Origin: a virus
Reading direction: 5' to 3' (one strand)
Virus record (IMG/VR): IMGVR_UViG_3300027754_000005
Location: 3,830-67,829 of that record
Length of the DNA: 64,000 bases
Shown piece by piece: positions 35,332 to 46,800 of the stretch. The notes under the pieces were generated by a model. The model made no database searches. It was not told the origin of the DNA and saw only the letters and a program-made list of their open reading frames with translations. The first letter of the stretch is position 1. Each line of letters starts with the position of its first letter. A program made the translations under genes and the position numbers.

Positions 35332-37254
35332 ATGATGATTTATTCAATTGACTTTGAAACCCGCAGTTTTGCTGATCTGCCCGAGATAGGGCTAGACAAA
35401 TACGCTAATTGCTTATCTACACAAGTGTTGTGTATTGCATTTGGCACCACACCAGAGACCATCAAGGTCAAAGCACCACAAAACCCCAGCACAAATGAGT
35501 TGTGGCCACTGATGCAACATGTATCAAAAGGTGGCAAGATTGCAGCATGGAACGCCATGTTCGAGTACGCTATTTGGAACTGTGTCTGCGTGCCTAAGTA
35601 TGGCTGGCCACCGCTCAAATTGGAGCAATGCATTGACACCATGGCAATTGCTGCCAGTAATAACATACCCCAGAATTTGGATGATGCTGGTCAGTTTATG
35701 GATGCCAAATACCAAAAAGACCCCATGGGCAAAAAGTTGATTCAAAAGCTATGTAAACCCAACAAAAAGGGTCAGTTTAATAACGACCCAGAACTTATGG
35801 CTCAGTTATTTGAATATTGTGCCCAAGACGTTCGTACAGAAATGGCTATAGGAAGCGTTTTAAGGGGTCTTACAGACACCGAACAGGAAGTTTGGTACCT
35901 GACCCAACGAATCAACCTCAGAGGCGTTCCTGTGGACTATAATGAGCTCCATAACGCTGTCCTTGCTGTGGTAAGGGCGCAAGATGCCTTAGACAATGAA
36001 TTGGTGGCTCTGACGGGCTGTAAACCTTCTGAGAGGGCTAAATTGTTGGGTTGGCTTAATGCCCAAGGTGCCGATATGGCAAACATGACCGCTGAGATGG
36101 TTAGTGCTAAGTTAGTGGACACTAACTTATCTAAAAAAGTTCGTAGGGCGTTAGAATTACGCCAAGAAGGAAGCCAAACTAGCGTGGCTAAGTACGCTAA
36201 GATGATGGAGATACAACGTGAAGGACGGATTAGGAATACATTGGTATATCATGGCGCTAGTACTGGCCGCTGGGCGAGCCGTGGTGGGCTCAATTTACAG
36301 AACATTGCTCGTCCCACACTATCGGATGAAGAAATTGAATCAGCTATACCGAGTGTCTTCAATGAAGGAGTGGGCACGATGCAACAACTATCATCATTGG
36401 TTAGAAGCGGCATTAGAGCTCCGAGAGGAAAAACCTTCGTTGACGTGGATTTTAGCTCAATTGAAAACCGAGTTGGGGTTTGGCTCGCAGGACAAAACGA
36501 CAAAGTCGAATTGTTCCGGAAAGGATTAGATGAGTATAAAGCATTTGCATCTAGTTCTTTGTACGATGTTCCTTATGAGGAAGTCACTAAGGAGCAAAGA
36601 CAAATAGCCAAGTCGGCTGTGCTTGGCTGTATGTTTGGTCAGGGCTCAAAGGGATTGGTGGCGTATGCCGAGGGGATGGGAGTTAAGTTGACTGAAGAAC
36701 AAAGTCAAAAGGCAGTTAATGCGTATCGAACAGATTACCAAAAAGTCAAAAACTTTTGGTACCAATGTCAATCAGCCGCGATTGTTGCGATCAAGCAACC
36801 AAGCGACATGCAAGATGCTGGGTTGTTGCGTTTCATGTACGCCAAAGATGTGTTGTGGATGAAGTTGCCCAGTGGGCGATTCATTTGTTGGCGGGATCCC
36901 AAGGTCGAGGATCAATTGACACCATGGGGTGAAACTCGAGAGGGTGTCACTGTGCTCAATCAAAACACCTTCACTCGTAAGTGGGGACGCAACAATTTGA
37001 TCGGTAGCAGTATCTTCCAATCGGCTGTCCAAGGTACTGCTCGGGACATGCTGGCAGAGGCTTGTTTGTTGCTGGAGAAGAACGGCTTTGAAGTTCTCAA
37101 CTTGATCCATGACGAAGTCCTCATGTTGGTGGACGAGAATCAGGCAGAAAGCGCCTTAGATCGTGTAGTCAAATTAATGACTACACCGCCTAAGTGGGCT
37201 TCAGATTTTCCACTAGCTGCGGAAGGTTGGGTTGGAAAGCGTTATCGGAAGTGA
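35332..37254 (+). CDS. polA: Family A DNA polymerase with 3'-5' exonuclease
   Basis: IDFET (ExoI), AWNAMFE (ExoII), YCAQD (ExoIII), TGRW..NLQN, DFSSIE (A), RQIAK (B), IHDEV (C). Confidence 0.95.
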   Translation: MMIYSIDFETRSFADLPEIGLDKYANCLSTQVLCIAFGTTPETIKVKAPQNPSTNELWPLMQHVSKGGKIAAWNAMFEYAIWNCVCVPKYGWPPLKLEQCIDTMAIAASNNIPQNLDDAGQFMDAKYQKDPMGKKLIQKLCKPNKKGQFNNDPELMAQLFEYCAQDVRTEMAIGSVLRGLTDTEQEVWYLTQRINLRGVPVDYNELHNAVLAVVRAQDALDNELVALTGCKPSERAKLLGWLNAQGADMANMTAEMVSAKLVDTNLSKKVRRALELRQEGSQTSVAKYAKMMEIQREGRIRNTLVYHGASTGRWASRGGLNLQNIARPTLSDEEIESAIPSVFNEGVGTMQQLSSLVRSGIRAPRGKTFVDVDFSSIENRVGVWLAGQNDKVELFRKGLDEYKAFASSSLYDVPYEEVTKEQRQIAKSAVLGCMFGQGSKGLVAYAEGMGVKLTEEQSQKAVNAYRTDYQKVKNFWYQCQSAAIVAIKQPSDMQDAGLLRFMYAKDVLWMKLPSGRFICWRDPKVEDQLTPWGETREGVTVLNQNTFTRKWGRNNLIGSSIFQSAVQGTARDMLAEACLLLEKNGFEVLNLIHDEVLMLVDENQAESALDRVVKLMTTPPKWASDFPLAAEGWVGKRYRK

Positions 37255-40224
37255 TTATTGTTGGGGAGCTAAACCTTCTGCAATTATTCGTTCAATAACA
37301 TGTCTTTGCGTTTCATCGGAATAATTGTTTAAGTTATAGCTAATTGGATCTGCTTCCATTACTTGACCAAGATTTTGTCTTGTCAAAGGGTCATTCATGA
37401 CATTATCAATATATTGTGGGTGCCTAGTACGAATTGCTTGACTAGCAGTTTCATAAGCTCGTTGTCTAACTCCTTGAGCATAATTAAGTTCCTCTGGCTC
37501 CATGTTTTGAATTGCATCAGCTATTTGATTTAATTCATTAACTCTTCCAGCTTCGTTACGCAATTTTTGAATTACCTGCCTACGAACGTCTGTAGAATAC
37601 ATACCCAATCCATAAGCTTGCGGACGTTCTTCAATTTCTCTAATGATTCCATCTAAGGCAGCATTGTTGCGATTAGAAAAAGCATCTCTGACATAAGTAT
37701 CAGTAAAAGTGTCGACAATTTGTTGACTTACTGCTTCATAAGCTTCTCGAACCGCTGTTGATTCTACAGAAGGTCTATTGGTGTGAATTGGGTCTTCAGT
37801 TAAATCAATTTGCTTATTACTGGCTAGAGCTTCAAAATCTTTATCATCAAAGAAACGGGGCAATAGGTTGTTATCACGAGCATTTATTAAAAGGTTTTCA
37901 ATGGCAACAGAACTCCAATCTTGGTGTTTGCTTTCTAATAAATTATTAGCACTATGAGCATTACGAAGATCAAAAATCTCACCTTTTAATCGATCCATAT
38001 CCACACGATCAAAATCAGCATGTTGGTTTAACCATTCTTTAACATGTGAAATGTATTCTGGTTTAATTTCACCATTGTCGTAACCTTTCATTTCGGTTAT
38101 GTATTTTTCTGGAGCCGGTTTAAAATAGTCGTTAAAATCATTTCGCAAATTTGGAGTATTTTCTATCATGGCAAACAAATCACCAGATGAACGGTTTTCA
38201 AAGTTATCTAAAATAGGTTGCCATTCCATTGCATTTTCGTTTCCAATTTGAATTTGTTGTTGTATCCAGTTTTTAACAAATTGTCTATGATCTTTTGGAG
38301 TACCCAATGGATTACCAGCACTACGAACCATAATATTAGCAGTAAATTGGGAAACACCATTAGGATCTTTTAAGGAAGCAATTTCCCTACTACCTTTTTC
38401 TAAACCTTCAAAATAAGAAGGATATCTAAAAATACTATTACTACCTTTTGGTGGTTTGCCAGTATGCGGTTCTAACACGGGACCATGGTTTGGGTATTCT
38501 TCAGTACCATGGCAACCAGAACCAATACATTGATGTAAGTCTTTAGTAATTTGTGATAAATCCCGAGTTAGCATCAATGGGTCTTTATCGTAATCTGCTT
38601 TAGTAAAGACCACCATTTTAGAACCATCTGAATATGTTAAGTCTGTTGGTAATTCTTTGTTACGGGCAACACGATAAGATTCAGCCAAATCTTTATTTGA
38701 CTGCAATGCTTTTTGTCTTGCCATTTCATCTTTAATTAACTGACGAGCCACAACCGCTGGAGTTAAATTAGAAAGCTTGCTAACATCTAAATTACCAGCA
38801 ATTAAATCGTTTAATACTCTTTTTTGAATGCTTGGTAATCCTGTTGTTTCGTTAACAGAACTATTTATAAAATCATTAATTACCGTATCGTGTGATACTT
38901 TATTTGCATAAGGGTATCCTTCTTTAGGAGAAAAAGCATATATGCCTTTCGGGTATAAAGAAGCATCTAAAGCATTTTCAATAGCTATTCCAGCGGGGCT
39001 TGTAGCAGTTTGTTTTCCAATATTTACATTTTCTGGAGCAGTTAAATCAAAACTATTATGGCCATAATTAGTTAAACTTTTAATATAATCTTTGCGGCGA
39101 GATTCTGCTCGTGCAATATCGCTTTCTGGCTGGTAATCTGGAGCATTAATAAGTTTTGTAAGATCGTTAACAGGTATATTGGTTTCGTTAAATGCTTGCA
39201 CCAACGGATCTGAAGATAATCCAGTACCCATTTGATTGGTAATGTACTTTTGATACGGACCCATTACCCAAGAGTTATATTGAGGTGCTACTCGTTCAAA
39301 CTCACTTGGTGGTGTAATTAAAGGTTGACCTTGTGCTTCTCGTTTAGCATTTTGTTCTTTAGTAAATTCTTCTGCATATGCTTGCTTTTGTGGCGGTGTT
39401 AAATTACCATGTTCTGACATCAATTTATCAACATAGCGTTCCCAATCCCAACGCACTTGACGTGGTAAATACGCAAACCATTTTGCAGCAGGATCACTAA
39501 TTTGAGTATCTGCAAGGTGCATACCAAACTCACCTTGTTCCGATAATCTATTAGTTGCGCCCAAGTTAGTAGGCCAGTTGCCACCCTTTGGTTTGACAGC
39601 ATAGTTGGCAATAGGAATATCTGGCATACCCATAGGCATTCTAATACCACCAGTTTCCATGACTTGGTTATTGATGGTTTCGGCTAAAGGTTTAATTGCT
39701 TGACCGAATGTTTCGGTAGCACCAGCGGCGCGAGATCCCAAAGTGGAGTAGTCACGAGTAATGCCAGCTTGGGCATTTGTGTAATCTGATGGGAAGTTGC
39801 GGATGTCTTCGATGGCTGTTTTACCAGCAACACGAAGATCGTCTGGTGAAAAACGCATGCGAGTATTCCACAACTCTGGTAGTGGGCCAGTAGCCTCGCC
39901 TACTTTGTTGTAGGCATTGTAGATATCTTGACCAGCTTGTGTGGGAGGATTGTAATGCAGTGCTTGAGCGACTTGTTGAGCGTCAGCATAGGCTTGATTA
40001 CCAGCTTGGCGGTTACCTAATTGACCACTAAGGGCTTGTTTACCAACACCATAAAGGTTGCCAGCTAAACCACCTAATAAATCAGAGCCCGCAGCTAAGC
40101 CAGCTTGAGCCACGCCAGCTCCCGGCATATTTTGATATGCCGCTTGGATGGCTTTTATGAAATTGGGTGTGTCAATAGCACCGATGTTTAATTCGGCGCG
40201 TAACTTTGCTAAATCATCAACCAT
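37255..40224 (-). CDS. Large internal virion/ejection-type protein
   Basis: 989 aa, last gene of the ejection block, convergent with polA. Confidence 0.55.
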   Translation of the reverse strand: MVDDLAKLRAELNIGAIDTPNFIKAIQAAYQNMPGAGVAQAGLAAGSDLLGGLAGNLYGVGKQALSGQLGNRQAGNQAYADAQQVAQALHYNPPTQAGQDIYNAYNKVGEATGPLPELWNTRMRFSPDDLRVAGKTAIEDIRNFPSDYTNAQAGITRDYSTLGSRAAGATETFGQAIKPLAETINNQVMETGGIRMPMGMPDIPIANYAVKPKGGNWPTNLGATNRLSEQGEFGMHLADTQISDPAAKWFAYLPRQVRWDWERYVDKLMSEHGNLTPPQKQAYAEEFTKEQNAKREAQGQPLITPPSEFERVAPQYNSWVMGPYQKYITNQMGTGLSSDPLVQAFNETNIPVNDLTKLINAPDYQPESDIARAESRRKDYIKSLTNYGHNSFDLTAPENVNIGKQTATSPAGIAIENALDASLYPKGIYAFSPKEGYPYANKVSHDTVINDFINSSVNETTGLPSIQKRVLNDLIAGNLDVSKLSNLTPAVVARQLIKDEMARQKALQSNKDLAESYRVARNKELPTDLTYSDGSKMVVFTKADYDKDPLMLTRDLSQITKDLHQCIGSGCHGTEEYPNHGPVLEPHTGKPPKGSNSIFRYPSYFEGLEKGSREIASLKDPNGVSQFTANIMVRSAGNPLGTPKDHRQFVKNWIQQQIQIGNENAMEWQPILDNFENRSSGDLFAMIENTPNLRNDFNDYFKPAPEKYITEMKGYDNGEIKPEYISHVKEWLNQHADFDRVDMDRLKGEIFDLRNAHSANNLLESKHQDWSSVAIENLLINARDNNLLPRFFDDKDFEALASNKQIDLTEDPIHTNRPSVESTAVREAYEAVSQQIVDTFTDTYVRDAFSNRNNAALDGIIREIEERPQAYGLGMYSTDVRRQVIQKLRNEAGRVNELNQIADAIQNMEPEELNYAQGVRQRAYETASQAIRTRHPQYIDNVMNDPLTRQNLGQVMEADPISYNLNNYSDETQRHVIERIIAEGLAPQQ

Positions 40225-40227
40225 GGA

Positions 40228-41115
40228 TTATCTCAAGTAAACTAAACCGCCGGTTGCTTTCTTTTGCAACTTATCTTGCTCTTCTAAATGGCGTTGAGCA
40301 TAGCCTGTTAAACCAGAACCCACAGCACCAGCAATGTTTGACCATGGGCTGGCTGGAGTTGGTGCAATCGTAGCAACATTACTGACAACGCCAGCAACGT
40401 CTAGTAACTCACGAGCGGGATTGCCTTCTTTAAAGTGATTCCATAGACGCACTAAGTTTTCGCCACCTTCCCACAAACCACCTACAGCGCCAGCGCCTCT
40501 TGCAATAGGGGAATTTGCTGCACCTTTAACTACTTGCATAGCTCTTTGGGTTGCAGTCAATGGTGGAGGTGCTGGTGGTGCTCCAGCGGGCATTGCGCCA
40601 CCCATAGGAGGCATAGCACCACCTTGAGGTGGAGGAGCTGTAGGAGCACCATAGGTGCCCTCTGGGGTTAGTATCCTACTGTTACCTTTTAATTCAAATC
40701 CACGCTCTGGGTTTGCAGCAACATTGGCATAAACTGGATTGGCAGTGGCTTGGTCAACATTATGCAAAGCATTCTTAACAGCTCCTGGGCCAAACCCATG
40801 TTCAGTAACCATTTGAGGTGCGTGAAACTCACCCACAGTCGTGGGTATAGGTGGTTTAGGAGGAGCTTCTATTGCCGCCGCTGCTGGAGCCCCCACTTTT
40901 TCAAAAAGATTTTTTGCGACTTTAAGTGCGTTTGACTTCATAACGCCCTCAATTGTTTTGGCACCAGCAATTGCGGGAATACCCAAGGCTTCAGCAGCAA
41001 TACCGCCAGTAACAGGATCTACTTGTTCAGTTTTGGCTTTATTGACATGAAAACGCTGGTACTCGTGAAGATCACTTTCTGGTACTGGTTCGTATTCTAC
41101 TTTTTGATCGCTCAT
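40228..41115 (-). CDS. Internal virion protein
   Basis: Pro/Gly/Ala-rich; ends KKATGGLVYLR. Confidence 0.55.
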   Translation of the reverse strand: MSDQKVEYEPVPESDLHEYQRFHVNKAKTEQVDPVTGGIAAEALGIPAIAGAKTIEGVMKSNALKVAKNLFEKVGAPAAAAIEAPPKPPIPTTVGEFHAPQMVTEHGFGPGAVKNALHNVDQATANPVYANVAANPERGFELKGNSRILTPEGTYGAPTAPPPQGGAMPPMGGAMPAGAPPAPPPLTATQRAMQVVKGAANSPIARGAGAVGGLWEGGENLVRLWNHFKEGNPARELLDVAGVVSNVATIAPTPASPWSNIAGAVGSGLTGYAQRHLEEQDKLQKKATGGLVYLR

Positions 41116-42845
41116 TGTTTCACTCTCATAGGTTGACCATTTTGATAGATAATTGGGTTGCCATTTTTATCGGTATCTTTAGTACCATCTTTTGGCTTAT
41201 TCATTACTTTGCCAATTTTATTAGACAGCTCTAAATCGTATTTAGTAATAATGCCTTGTACTTTAGGAGTATTCATAAAGGCATATGGGTCAGGATTTTT
41301 TATAGTTGTTTTGTATTTGTCCCACTCTTTTGCTAATTCTTTATTTCTATCGTGAACAATTTGCACAGTCAATGCTTGGGCAATATTTTGCTCTGGAGGG
41401 TACTTAGAACTTAAACCTTTAGCAGCTTGAGAAATGGTTGTTAACTGAGCACCCATTTTGGAGCCTGTACCACCAAATTGTTCTTTCTCATACGCAATAC
41501 CAAGCTGTTTAGCCAAGTTGTCTAAACGAGAGCGTTTTGTCATAGCATCTTCACCAGAGAAAAACTCTTTCATGCCAGTTAAAATACCACTTTCTCGTTG
41601 ACCAGTTTCACCTTGAGTATCTTCAGTGCGACCAGTGAGTTTCATTAAGAAACCAACAGGATCTTTCTTGTAGCCATAACCAAAGTATTCTGGATGATCG
41701 GTAGCCATATCAATAATTTCTTGAGCTTGTTGGTTAGTAGTCGGACCGAAAGATTGATTTGTTATATCTGCAATAAACTTACCAGCAGCAATACGCTCTT
41801 CTTCCATTGATTTTAATTCTGCTGAGTTTTTTGATTGCTCTTGTTGCAAACCACTTTGTTGCCCACGACCAGCAAACTCTGGGTTAAAAGAATAGTCTAT
41901 TGCTGGTGCTGGCGACACAGTTACTTTGCCTTGAATTGGAGGCGCTGCTTGAGCATTGCCGCTACCAGTTAATGCACTAATAATGTTTTCTGCCATACTG
42001 CCTTGTGGGGCGGCTTGCGCAATTGGGGCTTGATTCATCGGCATTGGGGTTGGCATTGGAGCCATTGGAGCGTTTTCTGGTTGAGCACCATCAGCCATAT
42101 AGCGAATTGAGCCACCCATGGCTTTTTTCTGAACGGGTTGGATTTTAGGATCTTGCAAAACACCTCTAAATTGCGGAGGAACAATCTGTCTGTCTTGCCA
42201 ATTTTGAAGATCCGCTTTAGTAATTTTGGCTGAAAAGTTACGATACTGACCAGTAGTGTCATATCCGCTAACAGTAGCATCAACAACATCCATACCTTTG
42301 TATTCTGCTCCAGCTCGAGCATAAATATCTGAAAGAGATTTAAATGCGGATTTAAATCCTGCAACATCGTTTGTATCGGCGTAGTTTTTTAAATTTTGGT
42401 AATCATAAATAGACAAAGGCACACCATTAAATGTGTAGCCACTGTCTTGTCCTCTTGCGGCTTTTACATCACCGCCTTGAGGTTGTGTGCCAGCTTGTGG
42501 CATTGCTCCTGTCTGACCAAAACCAGATTTAATAGAGCCAAGTTGTTGTCTCATTAAGTCAGCTTGCGCTGTGAGCATGCCAATGTTTTGTAATTCTTGA
42601 GCTTCTTTAGCCCGCTTTTCACCAAGCATAGTAACACCAGCTTCTGGATGATACGCTGTACGAGCAACCATTTCATCTAGATTGCCTTGAAGTGCTTTCC
42701 AAGGGCTACTTAATTCAGCAGCACGACGCTGTAAGTTTTGTAAAATTTCAGACGAATTAGGAGACGCAGCAATAGTCTCAGCATTGTATTCTGCTGTTGA
42801 TTTTGGTCTTGGTTGTAATGCGTCTAGTGGTTGTGTATCTGCCAT
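41112..42845 (-). CDS. Internal virion (ejection) protein
   Basis: 577 aa Gln/Ala-rich helical sequence in the P22 gp20-like position. Confidence 0.55.
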   Translation of the reverse strand: MADTQPLDALQPRPKSTAEYNAETIAASPNSSEILQNLQRRAAELSSPWKALQGNLDEMVARTAYHPEAGVTMLGEKRAKEAQELQNIGMLTAQADLMRQQLGSIKSGFGQTGAMPQAGTQPQGGDVKAARGQDSGYTFNGVPLSIYDYQNLKNYADTNDVAGFKSAFKSLSDIYARAGAEYKGMDVVDATVSGYDTTGQYRNFSAKITKADLQNWQDRQIVPPQFRGVLQDPKIQPVQKKAMGGSIRYMADGAQPENAPMAPMPTPMPMNQAPIAQAAPQGSMAENIISALTGSGNAQAAPPIQGKVTVSPAPAIDYSFNPEFAGRGQQSGLQQEQSKNSAELKSMEEERIAAGKFIADITNQSFGPTTNQQAQEIIDMATDHPEYFGYGYKKDPVGFLMKLTGRTEDTQGETGQRESGILTGMKEFFSGEDAMTKRSRLDNLAKQLGIAYEKEQFGGTGSKMGAQLTTISQAAKGLSSKYPPEQNIAQALTVQIVHDRNKELAKEWDKYKTTIKNPDPYAFMNTPKVQGIITKYDLELSNKIGKVMNKPKDGTKDTDKNGNPIIYQNGQPMRVKQ

Positions 42846-42846
42846 A

Positions 42847-43815
42847 TTAACCTACCTCTCCTTGACTTAAACTAGTATCAGTACCTGGCAATGGATTGTA
42901 TGTAGTATTACCACCCGTTGGATCTAATATTCCCATATTTACATTAGCTGCTGTTTGATTTGCAGCTGCTTGAGATGCCGCATCTGAACCACCAAAAATG
43001 CTATTCCAAGATGGTAATAAACCAGGTGGTATATAACCAGAAGTTCCTGGTGTCCCAGCTCCTTTACCAAATATACTATTTAATAAATTAGTACCCACTG
43101 ATGGCAAACCAGCCAGTGTGCTAACCATTTGTAATGGGGATTGTTGATTTTGTTGCGATACAGTTGCGGGAACATTGACTGAATTAATCAAGTTAGAATA
43201 GTTAGTAGCACCTTGGAATGGAGCATTCATTTGTGCTGCGCCTGTTGTCAAGCCAGCGGTAATACCTTGTGCGCCTACATTGCCTAATGCACCACCAGCG
43301 GTAGCACCAGTTTGTTGGTTTTGTAATGCGGCTTGCATTTGTTGGGCTTGTAATGTAGACAGTGCATTTGTCTTAGCAGTGTCAACCGCTGTTTGGGCAC
43401 GCAAACCACCAAAACCACCAGAACCAATTCCAGAAGCTTGTGTTGGCGCAATAGCTGTTGGCATAAGTTGATTTAATTGCTGGTTTTGTGCTTGAAATAA
43501 ACCACCCAAAGCTGTTTGAGTATTAGGACTAACTTGACCAGTTACTGGATCAGTAATCCAAGGATTGGCTGCACCTTGAGCAATGGTATTTAAACTACCT
43601 TGTGCTTGGGTAAAAGGATTAGCTTGACCTTGAAGGGTATTAACAGCGCCTTGAGCTGTTGTATTCCCAAATGTGGGTGCTTGTCCTAACGCACTACCAG
43701 CTTGGTTAACAACATTTTGTTGCGCTGTATCGTACCAAGATGGTAGTGTCGTTTGTACCTGATTAGTACTTGACAGTATATTGTTTAATCCGGAGGAGTT
43801 TGTTGTCCCAGCCAT
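42847..43815 (-). CDS. DNA ejection/pilot protein
   Basis: TTLPSWY, Gln/Gly/Ala-rich, GGFGGLR motif typical of podophage ejection proteins. Confidence 0.6.
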   Translation of the reverse strand: MAGTTNSSGLNNILSSTNQVQTTLPSWYDTAQQNVVNQAGSALGQAPTFGNTTAQGAVNTLQGQANPFTQAQGSLNTIAQGAANPWITDPVTGQVSPNTQTALGGLFQAQNQQLNQLMPTAIAPTQASGIGSGGFGGLRAQTAVDTAKTNALSTLQAQQMQAALQNQQTGATAGGALGNVGAQGITAGLTTGAAQMNAPFQGATNYSNLINSVNVPATVSQQNQQSPLQMVSTLAGLPSVGTNLLNSIFGKGAGTPGTSGYIPPGLLPSWNSIFGGSDAASQAAANQTAANVNMGILDPTGGNTTYNPLPGTDTSLSQGEVG

Positions 43816-46800
43816 TATTTTTTCACCTTACGTTTTGCTTCTAATAAATAACCCAATGCACCTTTGCTATCTAAAGACCGATGCTTGGTGTCATGTTTTT
43901 GTTTTTGTGATTTGATTGCTTTTAAAAATGAATCTAATACTTTAGCGCCTTGATCATTACTACCATTTCCCAATGCTGAAACTACATTGGCTGGAATTAC
44001 AAATTCACCATTTGATAACATCGCTGGAATACTATCGCTTGTTCCAGTACCGGGGCCTTGCACATACTTGTTTTGCATAGATCCAAGACCACCCTCGCTG
44101 TAAAACTGAGGATTAAAACCTTGAGGAATAGATCCTCCATCAGCTTTACTAGGTATTGGATATAATGGTATACCACCCAAACCAAATAGATTGGCGTGTT
44201 GAGTTTGTTTACCACGCATTAATACGGGTTTTAAAGATAAATCATCGTCAGCTTTACCGCCAGTAGCAAGATGCATTATACCACCATCGGCTGCGTTTTC
44301 AATTTCTTCCAAAGAGTTTGGATTAGGAGCTGGAGTAGCATAACTAACTGTTGGTACATTAAAGCTACCTAAAGGAGAAGCAATTTGCGATCCTTTTACA
44401 AAAGTACCTTTTGGTGCCGTTGGTGCTGTGGTTGCTAAAGAAGATAATCCTGCTGATGTGCCTGTTCCTAATTTTAAACCAGCTAAAGCAGCAGCTAACC
44501 CAGCGGCAGTTAAACCCGCTGTTGCACCACTACTACCAGTTGTTGATGTTGTGCCACCACTGGTTGTACCACCAGCTACTGTACCGCCACCATCAGTGGT
44601 ACCACCAGCTACTGTACCGCCACCATCAGCTACTGTACCGCCACCACCAGCTACTGTGCCGCCACCATCAGTTGTGCCACCAGCTACTGTGCCACTACCA
44701 TCAGTTGTGCCACCAGCTACTGTGCCACTACCAGTTGTTGTACCAGCTACTGTACCGCCACCATCAGTTGTGCCACCAGCTACTGTGCCACTACCAGTTG
44801 TTGTACCACTAGTACCAGTTTCAGTAGGTAGGTTACTAATAATATCCGTAGGAGTAAGGGCTGTTGGCGTTTCTGTAGGTAGATTATTTACTGGAGCATT
44901 AACAGTTTCTACTGGAGTAGGTGTTACTGGAGCATTAACAGTTTCTACTGGAGTAGGTGTTACTGGAGCATTAACAGTTTCTACTGGAGTAGGTGTTACT
45001 GGAGCATTAACAGTTTCTACTGGAGTAGGTGTTGGTGTTACAGGCAGAGCACCAGTTTCTACTGGAGTAGGTGTTGGTGTTACAGGCAGAGCACCAGTTT
45101 CTACTGGAGTAGGTGTTGGTGTTACAGGCAGAGCACCAGTTTCTACTGGAGTAGGGGCATTATCCGTTGGTAAATTGCTAAGAATATCAATTGGTGAAAC
45201 ACCAGCATCCGTAGGTTGTGAAGTCGAATTTAAAATCTCTCCGGTATTTGGATCTGAAACAACTATACTACCATCACCCATTGTTTCCGTAACAGTACCA
45301 TCGGAGTTTTTAGTAGTATCAACCACAGTTTGTGATGGATCTTCTGCCACTGGCGTTTGAATGGGCACATATGGAATAGGCGAACCACCACCAACATCAG
45401 TCATTGTGGGTGGAGCTCCTTCAACTGTTACATTTGCAGCAGTTTGACTCCCTGTAGTTGGTGGTTGATCTGGGTTAGCAAACGCATCAGCTAATTGATT
45501 GTAATATGAATCCGCTGTAGCGCTATTGGTTGGGGCTTGCATTGTGGCTACACCAGGAGACCAATTACTTGCTAATTGACCCTGTGAAATTTGATCTAAA
45601 CCATGAAGATCATTAGCAATCACATTAGAAGTTTTAGCTAAATCTGCGTTGGTGTTAGAGTAATCAGTTAACGCTGTTTTTAAACCATCCGAACTTGTTG
45701 TAAACGCTGTATATAAAGGTTCAATACTGGTTTTATATACATTAGCTAAATTTTGATTTGCTGTATCATAAGCAGCATATGCAGTATTAAATTGTGGTAT
45801 TAAACTATTTAGTTGTGGTGCAAGACTGTTTGCTAAATCGTACGATGTTTTATCAGTTCTACCAGAAGCATCATATTTTGCAACAGCACTATCATATTGT
45901 TTTTGTATTGGAACAACTTGATCGTACAAAGTTTTTGCGGTAGTTGCTAATTGTGTTGTATTGTCACGAAGATCATTATATCCAGTTTTACTAATAGCAT
46001 CAGATAACGCCATTTTATCTGTTTGATTTTGAGAATAAATACCATTTGCTTTATTTGCTGCATCGGCTAAACTAGCTTGTTGTTCAGCCAATGTTGGATA
46101 ATATTTAGCTAAATCGTCAGAAATTTTATCCGATTGGTTTTTTAAATACTGCGATGCTATATCCATAGTCATCGGACCTTCAATACCAGCCAATGAAACA
46201 GTGCCATTGGGGGTTGGGGTACTGTAGTCGTGGATAGTAGCGGGTTCCGCACTAGCCGATGGAGCTGTTAATAAACCTTTTCCTGCGTTTATACCAGCGC
46301 CTAAACCCATTCCTAAAGTAGAACCAATTGCTGCGTTTTCAGCACCAGTTAATACATCACCGCCAGTAGCTCCCGCTTTTGCTGCACCGACTCCCGTGCT
46401 TGCTAATATTTTAGATATGTTAGGATCAATACCAGCTTGTGTTAAACCAGTTGATGCCTGATTACCTAAATACGAAAGTCCTGTATTTAATGCAGTGTTG
46501 GCTAACATTGTCGAAGGATTTGCACCAGAAGCTAAACTTTTACTAGCAGATAATATTGCACTGCTTAACGCTGGACTATTAATACCATATTGCGCTAAAG
46601 TTTGACCAATACCACTTAATGATGCACCAGTAAGACCACCCATTAATGCACCAGTTAATGCGCCTTTTAAAGGATCTGTTCCTCTTATTAAGCTATTAAC
46701 AGTGCCCATACCGCCACCATATAATGAACCACTACCTGCACTACTTAAAAGTTGTGATGCTACGGATGGTGTAAGTGAATTTATTCCTGTGTAGCCTAAT

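Noticed and set aside
44411-45360. Plus-strand 310-aa and 133-aa ORFs
   Set aside because: Antisense shadows of the Thr/Gly/Pro coding repeats
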